DNA of 64,000 nt, taken from contig JAFATB010000019.1 of assembly GCA_019244185.1 (NCBI GenBank), forward strand, positions 64,001 to 128,000, in the 5' to 3' direction. The notes beneath the pieces were generated by a model, which saw only the letters and a list, made by a program, of their open reading frames with translations, did not search any database and was not told where the DNA came from. Position numbers and translations under genes: made by a program. Positions 1 through 8,841 of the stretch are shown here, in pieces (positions within the stretch are counted from its first letter, which is position 1; each line of letters opens with the position of its first letter). The stretch is from Acidobacteriota bacterium (lineage in GTDB: Bacteria; Acidobacteriota; Thermoanaerobaculia; Gp7-AA8).

Positions 1-2170
1 CCAATTGGGAGAGTGCCGCCGCCGTATCGCCGAGCCCCGCGTGAATCACAGCGATGTCATAAGGAGAGATGTAGCGGTGCTGCGCCTGCGTCTCGAGGTC
101 GCTCAATAGCGCGAGCGCCTGTTCGCGATGGCCGGCGATCGCGTGCGTATGCGCGAGCATCGCCAGAAGGATCGGAATGCGATCGACCTCGAGCGCGCGG
201 CCGAACGCATCGAGCGCCTCGTCGTAGCGACGTTGTTGTCCGAGGGCCATGCCGAGCCAGCCGTGCGCGGGGATGAAATGCTCGTCGAGCTCGAGCGCCT
301 TGCGGAAGCGGCGGATCGCGCTTTCGAAATCGCGCGCGAAGTAGAACGGCCAGCCCGCGTGCACTGCAGCGATGAGCGAGAGCGGATCGAGATCGCACGC
401 CTTCGTCACCTGCTCGACCGCTTCGTCGGAACGCCCGCGCGCGGAGAGCAGCATTGCGTAGCCGTCGTGCGCGGTGGCGTAGTTCGGATTGAGCTCGATG
501 GCGCGGCGATAGGCGTCTTCCGCGCCTTCCCAGTCCCATTCGAACCACCAGCGCACGGCGCCGAGGGACGCCCACGCTTCCGCGAGACCGTCGTCGAGCT
601 CGATCGCTTTCGTCGCGGCCGCTTTCGCTTTTGGCATCGCCTCGTGGGGTGGGAGCGGGATGTTCGTCGCCAGCGTGACGAAGCTGTCCGCGAGTCCCGC
701 GTACGCGCTGGCGAACGACGGATCGGCTTCAATGGCCGCGCGGTAGTAGCCGATCCCTTTCTTGAGGCTCTCTTCCGTCCGTTTGTTCCACTGATACCGC
801 CCGCGCAGATACTGCTGATACGCCTCGGAATTGCCCGTCGCGCTGCGGCGCAGTTTCTTTTTCTCCGCGCCGGTCAGCTTGATGCGCAGCTTCTCCGCGA
901 TGTCGCGCGAGATCTCGTCCGGAATCTTCGCGAGATCGGCGAGCTCGCGCACGTACGTCTCGCCCCAGACCAGCGCGCCGTCGAGCGAGTCGACGAGCTC
1001 CACGTTGATCTGCAGGCGGTCGCCGAGTTGCTTGACGATGCCGGTCAGCACCGCGCGGACGCGCAGCTCGCGGCCGACGGACTGCGCGTCGGCGTCGCGG
1101 TTCTTGTAGCGAAACACCGTGCTGCGCGCCATGACCTTCAGCTTCGGCAGATGAGAGAGCCGGTTGATGACGCCTTCGGTGATGCCGTCGCCGAGGTATT
1201 CGGCGTTCGGGTCGGCGAGCGCGTTGGCGAGCGGCAGCACGGCGATCGAGTCGATGGTCTTGCGCGAGGTGCGGCGGCGCGCGAGGTCTTTGATGAGGTC
1301 GTCCTTCATCGACGTCGCGCTGCTGCCGATGGCGCGCAGTGTGAGCGCGAGATCGCGCGCGGACTGGAAGCGCATCGACGGCGTCTTCTCGACGCAGCCT
1401 TCGATGATGCGCTGGAACTCGGGCGGCACGGAGTTGCTCAGCTCCTCGCGCGGCAGCGCGTCTTTGAGGATCGCGGCGATCGTGGCGGCGCCCGACTCGC
1501 GATGGAACGGCCGCTTCGACGTGACCATCTCGTAGAGGATGCAGCCGAGGGAGAAGATGTCCGCGCTCGCGTCGACGGCTTCGCCGCGGAGCTGTTCGGG
1601 CGACATGTAGCCGAGCGTGCCGATGACCGTGCCGGGCTGCGTCTGGAACCAGCGCGTGGTGGGGATGTTCGCCTCGTCGCGCTGCATGAGCGCGGGATCG
1701 GTCTGCGCGAGGCCGAAGTCGAGGATCTTCACGCGACCTTCGTCGGTGACGAAGATGTTCTCCGGCTTGAGGTCGCGGTGCACGATCGACTTCGCGTGCG
1801 CGGCGGCGAGACCTTCCGCGACTTCGGCGCCGATCTCCACCGCGCGGCGCCAGCCGATCGCGTTCGCGCGCAGCTGGTCGCGCAGCGTCTTCCCTTCGAG
1901 CAGTTCGGTGACGACGTAGAACGTGCCGTTCTCGCGGCCGACGTCGTAGACGGCGACGACGTTCGGATGCGACAGCGCCGCAATCGCGCGCGCCTCGCGC
2001 TCGAGCCGCGCGATGGCTTCCGTGTCGTGGATCGCGTCGCTCGCCAGGATCTTGATGGCGATGTCGCGGCCGAGCCGCGGGTCGCGGCCGCGGTACACCT
2101 GCCCCATGCCGCCCTCGCCGAGCAGCGAGACGACTTCGTAGGGGCCGACCTTCGATCCGGGAGAGAACAC
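1..2170 (-). CDS. Ser/Thr protein kinase with TolB-like N-terminal-type domain and TPR repeats (runs off the left window edge)
   Basis: Translated by hand from GTG at 2170: MFSPGSKVGPYEVVSLLGEGGMGQVY...HRDLKPENI...DFG...GTLGYMSPEQ, then SIAVLPL and TPR-like helices. The same frame reads as TPR-type sequence at the window edge (...YISPYDIAVIHAGLGD). Absent from the ORF track, consistent with no stop inside the window. Confidence 0.9.
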   Translation of the reverse strand, partial: MFSPGSKVGPYEVVSLLGEGGMGQVYRGRDPRLGRDIAIKILASDAIHDTEAIARLEREARAIAALSHPNVVAVYDVGRENGTFYVVTELLEGKTLRDQLRANAIGWRRAVEIGAEVAEGLAAAHAKSIVHRDLKPENIFVTDEGRVKILDFGLAQTDPALMQRDEANIPTTRWFQTQPGTVIGTLGYMSPEQLRGEAVDASADIFSLGCILYEMVTSKRPFHRESGAATIAAILKDALPREELSNSVPPEFQRIIEGCVEKTPSMRFQSARDLALTLRAIGSSATSMKDDLIKDLARRRTSRKTIDSIAVLPLANALADPNAEYLGDGITEGVINRLSHLPKLKVMARSTVFRYKNRDADAQSVGRELRVRAVLTGIVKQLGDRLQINVELVDSLDGALVWGETYVRELADLAKIPDEISRDIAEKLRIKLTGAEKKKLRRSATGNSEAYQQYLRGRYQWNKRTEESLKKGIGYYRAAIEADPSFASAYAGLADSFVTLATNIPLPPHEAMPKAKAAATKAIELDDGLAEAWASLGAVRWWFEWDWEGAEDAYRRAIELNPNYATAHDGYAMLLSARGRSDEAVEQVTKACDLDPLSLIAAVHAGWPFYFARDFESAIRRFRKALELDEHFIPAHGWLGMALGQQRRYDEALDAFGRALEVDRIPILLAMLAHTHAIAGHREQALALLSDLETQAQHRYISPYDIAVIHAGLGDTAAALSQL

Positions 2171-2249
2171 GAGCGTATTCTAGGTGCGCCCGCGGCGAAG
2201 GATGCATCAGGTCGGAAAACCTGCCGGCGGTTGTACCATCTAGACGCGT

Positions 2250-3332
2250 ATGGTCCTCATCAACAAAGCGATCAACGAGGTGACGGTCAAGCTCGTCTAC
2301 TACGGGCCGGGACTGTGCGGAAAGACGACGAACCTCGAGAAGATCTACGGCAATCCGAAGCTCGATCACAAGGGCAAGATGATCTCGATGGCGACCGAGA
2401 CCGATCGGACGCTCTTCTTCGACTTCATGCCGATGGAGCTCGGCACGATCGCGGGACAGAAGGTGCGCGTGCAGCTCTACACCGTGCCCGGCCAGGTCTT
2501 CTACGACGCCACGCGCAAGCTCGTGCTGCGCGGCGCGGACGGCGTGGTGTTCGTCGCCGACTCGCAGGCATCGATGCGCGAGTCGAACCTGCAGAGCCTC
2601 GAGAATCTGAAGACGAACCTGCGCATCAACCGCATCGATCCCGACAAGGTCGCGCTTGTGTTCCAGTACAACAAACGCGACCTGCCGAACGTGGCGACGG
2701 TCGACGAGATGTCGGCCTACCTGCAGCCGCCGAGCGGCACGCCGGTCGTCGAGGCGTCCGCGATCAACGGCGTCGGCGTGACCGCGACCTTGCGCGCGGC
2801 CGTCGCGCGGATCCTCGACAACCTCAAGGCGAACGTCGACACGATCCTGCACGACGAGCCGCCGCTCGCCGCGCCGGACATGACCCAGAAAGCAGGCGTC
2901 GCCGCGCATTCGGCGGGAACGCCGAAGCTGTCGATGAAGGCGGAGACTCCGGCGCCCGCGACGTCCGTGTCCGCGACGACGGCTCCGCCGCCGCCCGCCC
3001 CGCGGGAACAAACGCTGGGCGTCAGCGCGCCGTCGTTCGCCGAACTGCAGTCGCCGTTCGAAGTGCAGCTCGACGAGGCGTCGTCCGCGCTCGAGGATGA
3101 CGATCCCTTCGCGCACGTCGCCGCGCCCCTGGTGGAGGCGGAACCCGACTTTGCCGCGGAGATGGACGATCCCTTCGGCGCCTCCGTCACGGTGATGCAC
3201 GACGCGTCCGCCGAACGCGCCGAGCTCGAGTCGATGCTCGCCGGCGCGCGCGCCGTCGTCGCCGCGCTCGAACGCGCGCTGGAGACCGCGCGCGAGCAGG
3301 AGCGGAAGCTGTTGGCGCGGCTGGAATCGTAG
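2250..3332 (+). CDS. mglA: MglA-family small GTPase with a long C-terminal extension
   Basis: KLVYYGPGLCGKTTNL (P-loop), TETDRTLFFDF, YTVPGQVFY, YNKRDL. Roughly 170 extra C-terminal residues: Pro/Ala/Thr linker, acidic DDPF motifs, coiled-coil-like end. Confidence 0.9.
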   Translation: MVLINKAINEVTVKLVYYGPGLCGKTTNLEKIYGNPKLDHKGKMISMATETDRTLFFDFMPMELGTIAGQKVRVQLYTVPGQVFYDATRKLVLRGADGVVFVADSQASMRESNLQSLENLKTNLRINRIDPDKVALVFQYNKRDLPNVATVDEMSAYLQPPSGTPVVEASAINGVGVTATLRAAVARILDNLKANVDTILHDEPPLAAPDMTQKAGVAAHSAGTPKLSMKAETPAPATSVSATTAPPPPAPREQTLGVSAPSFAELQSPFEVQLDEASSALEDDDPFAHVAAPLVEAEPDFAAEMDDPFGASVTVMHDASAERAELESMLAGARAVVAALERALETAREQERKLLARLES

Positions 3333-3398
3333 AGGCGGCGGGCGCGCTAACGGCCGGCCGCGTGTGCGCATCGATGCCTCAGTAGGCGCGCACGGGCC

Positions 3399-3511
3399 TG
3401 AATGAAGAACGCAGAACGCAGAATGAAGAATTGAGAAGCCCGCCCCCGCAGGACGCGTGCGCGTGCGGCTCGATTCTGCATTCTTCATTCTGCGTTCTGC
3501 GTTCTTCATTC
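3399..3511. repeat. Heptamer-built inverted-repeat element, copy 1 (REP/MITE-like)
   Basis: Perfect 32-bp IR: GAATGAAGAACGCAGAACGCAGAATGAAGAAT at 3400-3431 versus its reverse complement at 3480-3511. Second copy at 53168-53273. Confidence 0.9.
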
Positions 3512-3569
3512 GCTTTTTCCCTCGCCACCGACTCGCACACGCCCCGCGCGATAGACTTCCCCCCACGTC

Positions 3570-4283
3570 ATGACCTGGTACCGGGAGTGGTTCGGCGAGG
3601 AGTATCTCGAGCTCTACGCGCATCGCGACGAAGAGGAGGCGCGGCGGCAGGTGGCGTTCTTCCGGCGCGTGGCCGGGCCGCTCGACGGTGCGGTGCTCGA
3701 TCTCGCGTGCGGGATGGGGCGGCACATGGCCGAGCTGCAGGCGCACGGCTACCATCCCGTCGGTTGTGACCTCTCGTTCACGCTGCTGCGCACCGGCATC
3801 GGCGAGTATGGGGCGATGCCGGTCGCACGCGCGGACATGCGCCAGTTGCCGTTCTGCGACCGCGTCTTCGCCGGTTTGGTCAACTTCTTTACCAGCTTCG
3901 GCTACTTCGCCACCGAGGACGAGAACCTGCAGGTCGTGGGCGAGATGGCGCGCGTGCTCGCGCCCGACGCGCGCTTCCTCTTCGACTACCTCAATGTCGA
4001 CCGCGAGCTGGAGAAGCTCGTCGAACGCGAGACCCGAGAGACGCCGATGGGACGCGTCAGCATCGAGCGGTGGTTCGACCCGCAGGACCGCTCCTTCGTG
4101 AAACGCATCAACATCGGCGCGAAACGCTACCTCGAGCGCGTGCGCGGCTACGCGCTCGAAGAGATCGCGTCGATGTTCGCCGCGCACGGCCTGGCCATCG
4201 AGCACGCGTACGGCGACTTCAGCGGCGCGGACTTTACGCGCACCGCGCCGCGGCTCATCCTCGTCGGGAGGCGCTCGCGATGA
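3570..4283 (+). CDS. Class I SAM-dependent methyltransferase (candidate bacillithiol N-methyltransferase, NmbA-like)
   Basis: VLDLACGMGRH SAM-binding motif I, FTSFGYF. Stop overlaps the bshC start (ATGA). Confidence 0.85.
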   Translation: MTWYREWFGEEYLELYAHRDEEEARRQVAFFRRVAGPLDGAVLDLACGMGRHMAELQAHGYHPVGCDLSFTLLRTGIGEYGAMPVARADMRQLPFCDRVFAGLVNFFTSFGYFATEDENLQVVGEMARVLAPDARFLFDYLNVDRELEKLVERETRETPMGRVSIERWFDPQDRSFVKRINIGAKRYLERVRGYALEEIASMFAAHGLAIEHAYGDFSGADFTRTAPRLILVGRRSR

Positions 4284-5782
4284 CGCGCGTCCCGCTGGCG
4301 CGCTATCCCGGCATGAACCGCTTCGTGCTCGACTGGCTCGGCGGCGACGCGCGCTTTCTGCCGCGCCGCACGCCGATCGCCGCGCGCAGACGCGACGTGG
4401 CGCCCGCGCTCGTCGACGCGCTGCGAACGTCGAACGCACATTGGGGGTTATCGGTTGCAGAGCCGCTCGCGCGCTGGGCGTCGCAGCCGACGCTGACGTT
4501 CGTCGCCGGGCAGCAGGTCGGGTTCGCGGGCGGGCCGCTCTACACGCTCGCGAAGCTGGCCACGCTGGTGAAGATGAAGCGCGACGCGGAAGCGCACGGC
4601 ACGCCGGCCACGGCGTTTTTCTGGCTGGCGACGGAAGACCACGACTTCGACGAGGTCGCGACGCTTAACGTCCCGGTCGCCGCGCTGCCGCGCACGAAAG
4701 ACGTGAACCGCCAGCGCGATCTCGTCTGTATGCGCGCGGCTCGGACAGCGGAGCCTCGTGCCGCTGTGGGGTCGCTTCCCGTTCCCGACCCGCTCATCGA
4801 GCAACTCCTCTCGCTCTTCGGCCTCCCCCGCCCGCACTGGCTGCGCGCGGGCATCACGTTCCGCGATTCCTTCGCGGAGCTCGTCGCGCAGCTCTTCGGC
4901 GACGAAGTCATCCTCGTCGACGCGCTGCTTCCGGAGCTGCGCCGCGCGGGCGCGCCGCTCTTCGCGCAACTCCATGCGCGCAACGACGAGATCCAGCGCG
5001 CGCTGCACGAGCGCGGCGAAGCGCTCGCGCAGGCCGGCTACGCCGAGCAGGTCGTGGCGCGCGACGGCGACGTCTACACGCTCCTCTTCGATCTCGACGC
5101 GCACGGCAACCGCGTGCCCGCGATGCCCGGGCAGCAGCCGGAGCGCACGTCGACGTCCGCGCTCACGCGTCCGCTGCTGCAGGATTCCGTGCTGCAACCG
5201 GACGTCTTCATCGGCGGTCCCGCGGAAGTCGCGTACTACGCGCAGATCTCGACGCTGCACGAACTGCTCGACATCGCGATGCCGCGCATCGCGCTGCGCG
5301 GCCACGCGCTGGTCGCGCCGAAACGCGTCGCGCGCGCAATCGAACGTTACGGCCTCGACGCCGAGTCGCTCTTCCGCGCGCCGGACGCGCTGCTCGCCGA
5401 GCGCGAGCCCGAAGGCGTGGCAAAAATCCGCGAGCTCGCGAGCGACGCGAAGCGCGACCTCTTCGCGCGCATCGACGCCATCCGCGAGCTCGCGCTCCCC
5501 GCCGACCATTCACTGGCCGGCTCGATCCAGCGCTCGGTCGGTCACCTCGACTATCACTTCAACAAGCTCGCGGAGCGCGCCATCAAAGGGCTCGTGCGCA
5601 AAGACCGCGAGCGTTACGCGGCGACGCGCGAGCTCGTGGCGACGCTCTTCCCCGACGGGCACGTGCAGGATCGCGTCGTGAGCTGGTTCGCGTATTGGCA
5701 GGAGCACGGCGCGCAGCTCGTCGAGCGGATGGTCGAGGAGATCGAGCCCGACGCCGACGTCTTCAAGGTCGTGGAGGTATGA
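4280..5782 (+). CDS. bshC: Bacillithiol biosynthesis cysteine-adding enzyme BshC
   Basis: AGQQVGFAGGPLYTLAK, FWLATEDHDFDEV, IGGPAEVAYYAQ, QDRV. ATG at 4280 is coupled to the upstream stop. Confidence 0.88.
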   Translation: MTRVPLARYPGMNRFVLDWLGGDARFLPRRTPIAARRRDVAPALVDALRTSNAHWGLSVAEPLARWASQPTLTFVAGQQVGFAGGPLYTLAKLATLVKMKRDAEAHGTPATAFFWLATEDHDFDEVATLNVPVAALPRTKDVNRQRDLVCMRAARTAEPRAAVGSLPVPDPLIEQLLSLFGLPRPHWLRAGITFRDSFAELVAQLFGDEVILVDALLPELRRAGAPLFAQLHARNDEIQRALHERGEALAQAGYAEQVVARDGDVYTLLFDLDAHGNRVPAMPGQQPERTSTSALTRPLLQDSVLQPDVFIGGPAEVAYYAQISTLHELLDIAMPRIALRGHALVAPKRVARAIERYGLDAESLFRAPDALLAEREPEGVAKIRELASDAKRDLFARIDAIRELALPADHSLAGSIQRSVGHLDYHFNKLAERAIKGLVRKDRERYAATRELVATLFPDGHVQDRVVSWFAYWQEHGAQLVERMVEEIEPDADVFKVVEV

Positions 5783-5789
5783 ACGAGCG

Positions 5790-6524
5790 ATGAACGACAC
5801 CGTCGACCTTCTCTTTTTCGGCGCGCATCCCGACGACGTGGAGCTCGGCTGCGGCGGCACGATCGCCAAGCTGGCCAAAGACGGCGCGCGCATCGGCATG
5901 GTCGATCTCACCCGCGGGGAGCTCGGCACGCGCGGCACGCCGCAGACGCGCAAGCGTGAGGCGCAACATAGCGCCCGCATCCTCGGTGCACTATTTCGCA
6001 CACAACTCGATTTCGGCGATGGGAACCTGCAGACCGGCCGCGAACAGGAGCTCGAGATCGTCGACCTGCTGCGGCGGCACCGGCCGCGGGTCGTGTTCGT
6101 GTCGTATCCGGATGACCGGCATCCCGATCACACGCGCGCCGGACGCATCGTGACCGAGGCGTCGTTCTACTCGGGGCTGCGCGCGCTGCCCGCGCCGGGC
6201 CATGCGCACCGGCCGCAGACGGTCGTCTACTACATCCAGAACTACATGCTGCCGCCGTCGTTCGTGGTCGACACGTCGAAGACGTGGAAGACGAAGATGC
6301 GCGCGATCGCGGCGTTCAAGTCGCAGTTCTCCATTCCCGGCACGACGTCAAAGTCGAAGGAGCCGCAGACGTTCATCTCCAAGCCGGGGTTCCTCGAGAC
6401 CATCGACGCGCGCGGACGCCACTTCGGCGCGCTGATCGGCGTCGAGTTCGGCGAGGCGTTCGTCACCAAACAGCCGCCGCGCGTCGACGACGTCATCGCC
6501 GCGTACGCGGGACGGGAAGTCTGA
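5790..6524 (+). CDS. bshB1: Bacillithiol biosynthesis deacetylase BshB1 (PIG-L family)
   Basis: GAHPDDVELGCGG, DLTRGELGTRG, DRHPDH. Lies between bshC and bshA. Confidence 0.92.
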   Translation: MNDTVDLLFFGAHPDDVELGCGGTIAKLAKDGARIGMVDLTRGELGTRGTPQTRKREAQHSARILGALFRTQLDFGDGNLQTGREQELEIVDLLRRHRPRVVFVSYPDDRHPDHTRAGRIVTEASFYSGLRALPAPGHAHRPQTVVYYIQNYMLPPSFVVDTSKTWKTKMRAIAAFKSQFSIPGTTSKSKEPQTFISKPGFLETIDARGRHFGALIGVEFGEAFVTKQPPRVDDVIAAYAGREV

Positions 6525-7648
6525 TGCGCATCGGGATCACCTGCTATCCGACCTTCGGCGGTTCCGGCGTCGTGGCCACGGAGCTCGGCCTCGCGCTGGC
6601 GAAGCACGGCGACAACGTGCACTTCATCAGCTACGCGCTGCCGTCGCGCCTCAACCTGCTGCACGAGCGCGTGCACTTTCACGAGGTCACGGTCACGCCG
6701 TATCCGCTGTTCGATCCGTATCCGCCGTACACGCTCGCGCTGGCGACGAAGATGGCCGAAGTCGCGGCGTACGAGAAGCTCGACATCCTGCACGTGCATT
6801 ACGCGATTCCGCACGCGATCAGCGCGTATCTCGCCAAGCAGATCCTGCAGTCGAAGCTGCGCGTGATCACGACGCTGCACGGCACCGACATCACGCTCGT
6901 CGGCCGCGACGAGAGCTATCTGCCGATCACGAAGTTCGGCATCGAGGTCTCCGACGGCGTGACCGCGGTGTCGCAGTGGCTGAAGGACGAGACGGCGACG
7001 CACTTCCATACGGCGAAGACGATCGAGGTCATCCCGAACTTCATCGATCCGGCACGCTTCCGCCGCGACGCGAGCAAGTTCTGCCAGATGTTCGGCGCGC
7101 CGGGTGACAAGTTGGTCTGCCATGTCTCGAACTTCCGGCCGGTGAAGCGCGTGCTCGACGTCGTGGAAGTCTTCCGCAAGATCGCGTCGGAAGTGCCGAG
7201 CCGCCTGCTCATGATCGGCGACGGCCCCGATCGTTCGCGCGCCGAGGCGTACGCGCGCGAGCATCGCCTCCGCGACCGCGTCTTCTTCCTCGGCAACGTT
7301 CCGAACCTCGAAGAAGTCCTCGGCGCATGCGATCTCTTTTTGCTGCCGTCCGAGACGGAATCGTTCGGCATGGCCGCGCTCGAGGCGATGTGCAGTGAAG
7401 TGCCCGTGATCGCGTCGCGCAGCGGCGGCTTACCCGAGGTGGTCGTCGACGGCGAGACCGGATACCTCGTCGGCGTGGGCGACACGGACGCGATGGCCGC
7501 GCGCGCGATCGAGATCCTGCGCGACGACTCGCTGCGCCGCCGGATGGGACGCCAGGCGCGCGAGCATGCGGTCGCGGAGTTCGACGACCAGAAGATCGTG
7601 CCGATGTATCGCGATCTATACGACCGCGCGATCGCGTCCGGCGCATAG
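6524..7648 (+). CDS. bshA: N-acetyl-alpha-D-glucosaminyl L-malate synthase BshA (GT4)
   Basis: MRIGITCYPTFGGSGVVATELG, HVHYAIPHA, TTLHGTDIT, SNFRPVKR, ESFG. ATG at 6524 overlaps the bshB1 TGA. Confidence 0.95.
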   Translation: MRIGITCYPTFGGSGVVATELGLALAKHGDNVHFISYALPSRLNLLHERVHFHEVTVTPYPLFDPYPPYTLALATKMAEVAAYEKLDILHVHYAIPHAISAYLAKQILQSKLRVITTLHGTDITLVGRDESYLPITKFGIEVSDGVTAVSQWLKDETATHFHTAKTIEVIPNFIDPARFRRDASKFCQMFGAPGDKLVCHVSNFRPVKRVLDVVEVFRKIASEVPSRLLMIGDGPDRSRAEAYAREHRLRDRVFFLGNVPNLEEVLGACDLFLLPSETESFGMAALEAMCSEVPVIASRSGGLPEVVVDGETGYLVGVGDTDAMAARAIEILRDDSLRRRMGRQAREHAVAEFDDQKIVPMYRDLYDRAIASGA

Positions 7649-7668
7649 CGGTCGCTAAAATCGCGCGT

Positions 7669-8707
7669 ATGCTCGACCGGCGCGACTTCGCACGACTCCT
7701 CTGCGTCTCCACCGCCACCGCCGCTCTCGCCGCCGCGCCGGCCGCGCCGCGCGCGACCGCGCGCAAGCTCGTGAAGCCGAAGCGGCTCGCGGAAGGCGAC
7801 ACCGTCGCGCTGGTGCTGCCGGCCTCCGCGACGTTCGAGGCCGACGCGATCGCCATCGCGCGCGAGCAGCTCGAGGCCATCGGCCTCAAAGTCGCGATCG
7901 GTCAACATGCGTACGATCGCTGGGGCTACTTCGCGGGACACGACCGCGATCGCGCCGACGATCTCAATCGCGCGTTCGCCGACGACGCGATCGCCGGCAT
8001 CGTCTGCTACACCGGCGGCTGGGGCTCGCCGCGCGTGCTGCCGTATCTCGACTACGACCTCATCGCGCGCAAGCCGAAAGTGCTCATCGGCTACAGCGAC
8101 ATCACGGCGCTGCTCAACGCGATCCATCAGCGCACGGGGCTGGTCACGTTTCACGGTCCCGTCGGCGGCTCGAAGCTCGATCCGTATTCGCTCGATTGCT
8201 TTCGCAAAGCGGTGATGACGCCGGAGCCGATCGGCGCGCTCGCACCCGCCGAAGAAGCCGGACGATCTCGTCGATCGCGACAATCGCGTGCTGCGCCTGC
8301 ACGGCGGCAAAGCGTCGGGACGTCTCATCGGCGGCAACCTCACGCTGCTCGCCACGCTCATGGGCACGCCGTGCGAGCTCGAAACGGACGGCGCGATCGT
8401 CTTCACCGAGGACGTGCGCGAGGACATCTACCGCATCGACCGCATGCTCACGCAGCTCGCCCTCGGCGGAAAGTTCGAGCGCATGGCGGGCTTCCTCTTC
8501 GGCCACTGCACCGAATGCAACAAGAACCCGTCGTTCTTCAGCCTCGAAGACGTGCTGCGCGACCGTTTCGGCAACGGACCGCAGCCCGCGCTGTCGGGAC
8601 TCGCGTTCGGCCACATCGATCAGAAGCTGACGATTCCGCTCGGCGTGATGGCCACGCTCGACGCCGACGCCGGCACGGTCGAGATCACCGAGAGCGCGGT
8701 GGTGTGA
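7669..8707 (+). pseudogene. LD-carboxypeptidase (peptidase S66) with Tat-like signal, split by an apparent +1 frameshift
   Basis: N-half has RRDF Tat-like motif, GYSDIT (catalytic Ser) and FHGP. C-half is in another frame: GRLIGGNL, EDV, FGH. Removing one C at 8245-8247 restores ...APPKKPDDLVDRDNRVLRLHGG. May be a sequencing error. Confidence 0.8.
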
Positions 8708-8807
8708 GGAGACGCGGCCCGCGGACTTGCGGCGGCGTCGAGACGCTCGGTTTGAGTTGTAGGGGGAGAATCAGGATCGCTGCTTGCCGCGTGACCGCGT
8801 CTCCTCA
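8705..8807. repeat. About 100-nt imperfect hairpin between convergent genes
   Basis: 13-bp perfect IR TGAGGAGACGCGG (8705-8717) / CCGCGTCTCCTCA (8795-8807), plus further internal pairing. Confidence 0.6.
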
Positions 8808-8841
8808 TCCGACTTAGACACGCAAAGGAGACGAATGTGGC

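Noticed and set aside
3399-3511. Possible CRISPR array or small ORF (MKNAERRMKN) in the heptamer repeat
   Set aside because: The repeats are inverted with a single spacer and there are no cas genes; the peptide is just the translated repeat.
128-4439. Very long ORFs 128-3100(+) and 729-4439(-), and many similar ones across the window (e.g. 9052-11295, 53267-56470)
   Set aside because: Arg/Ala-rich shadow frames overlapping genes with clear motifs; expected from stop-codon scarcity at high GC.
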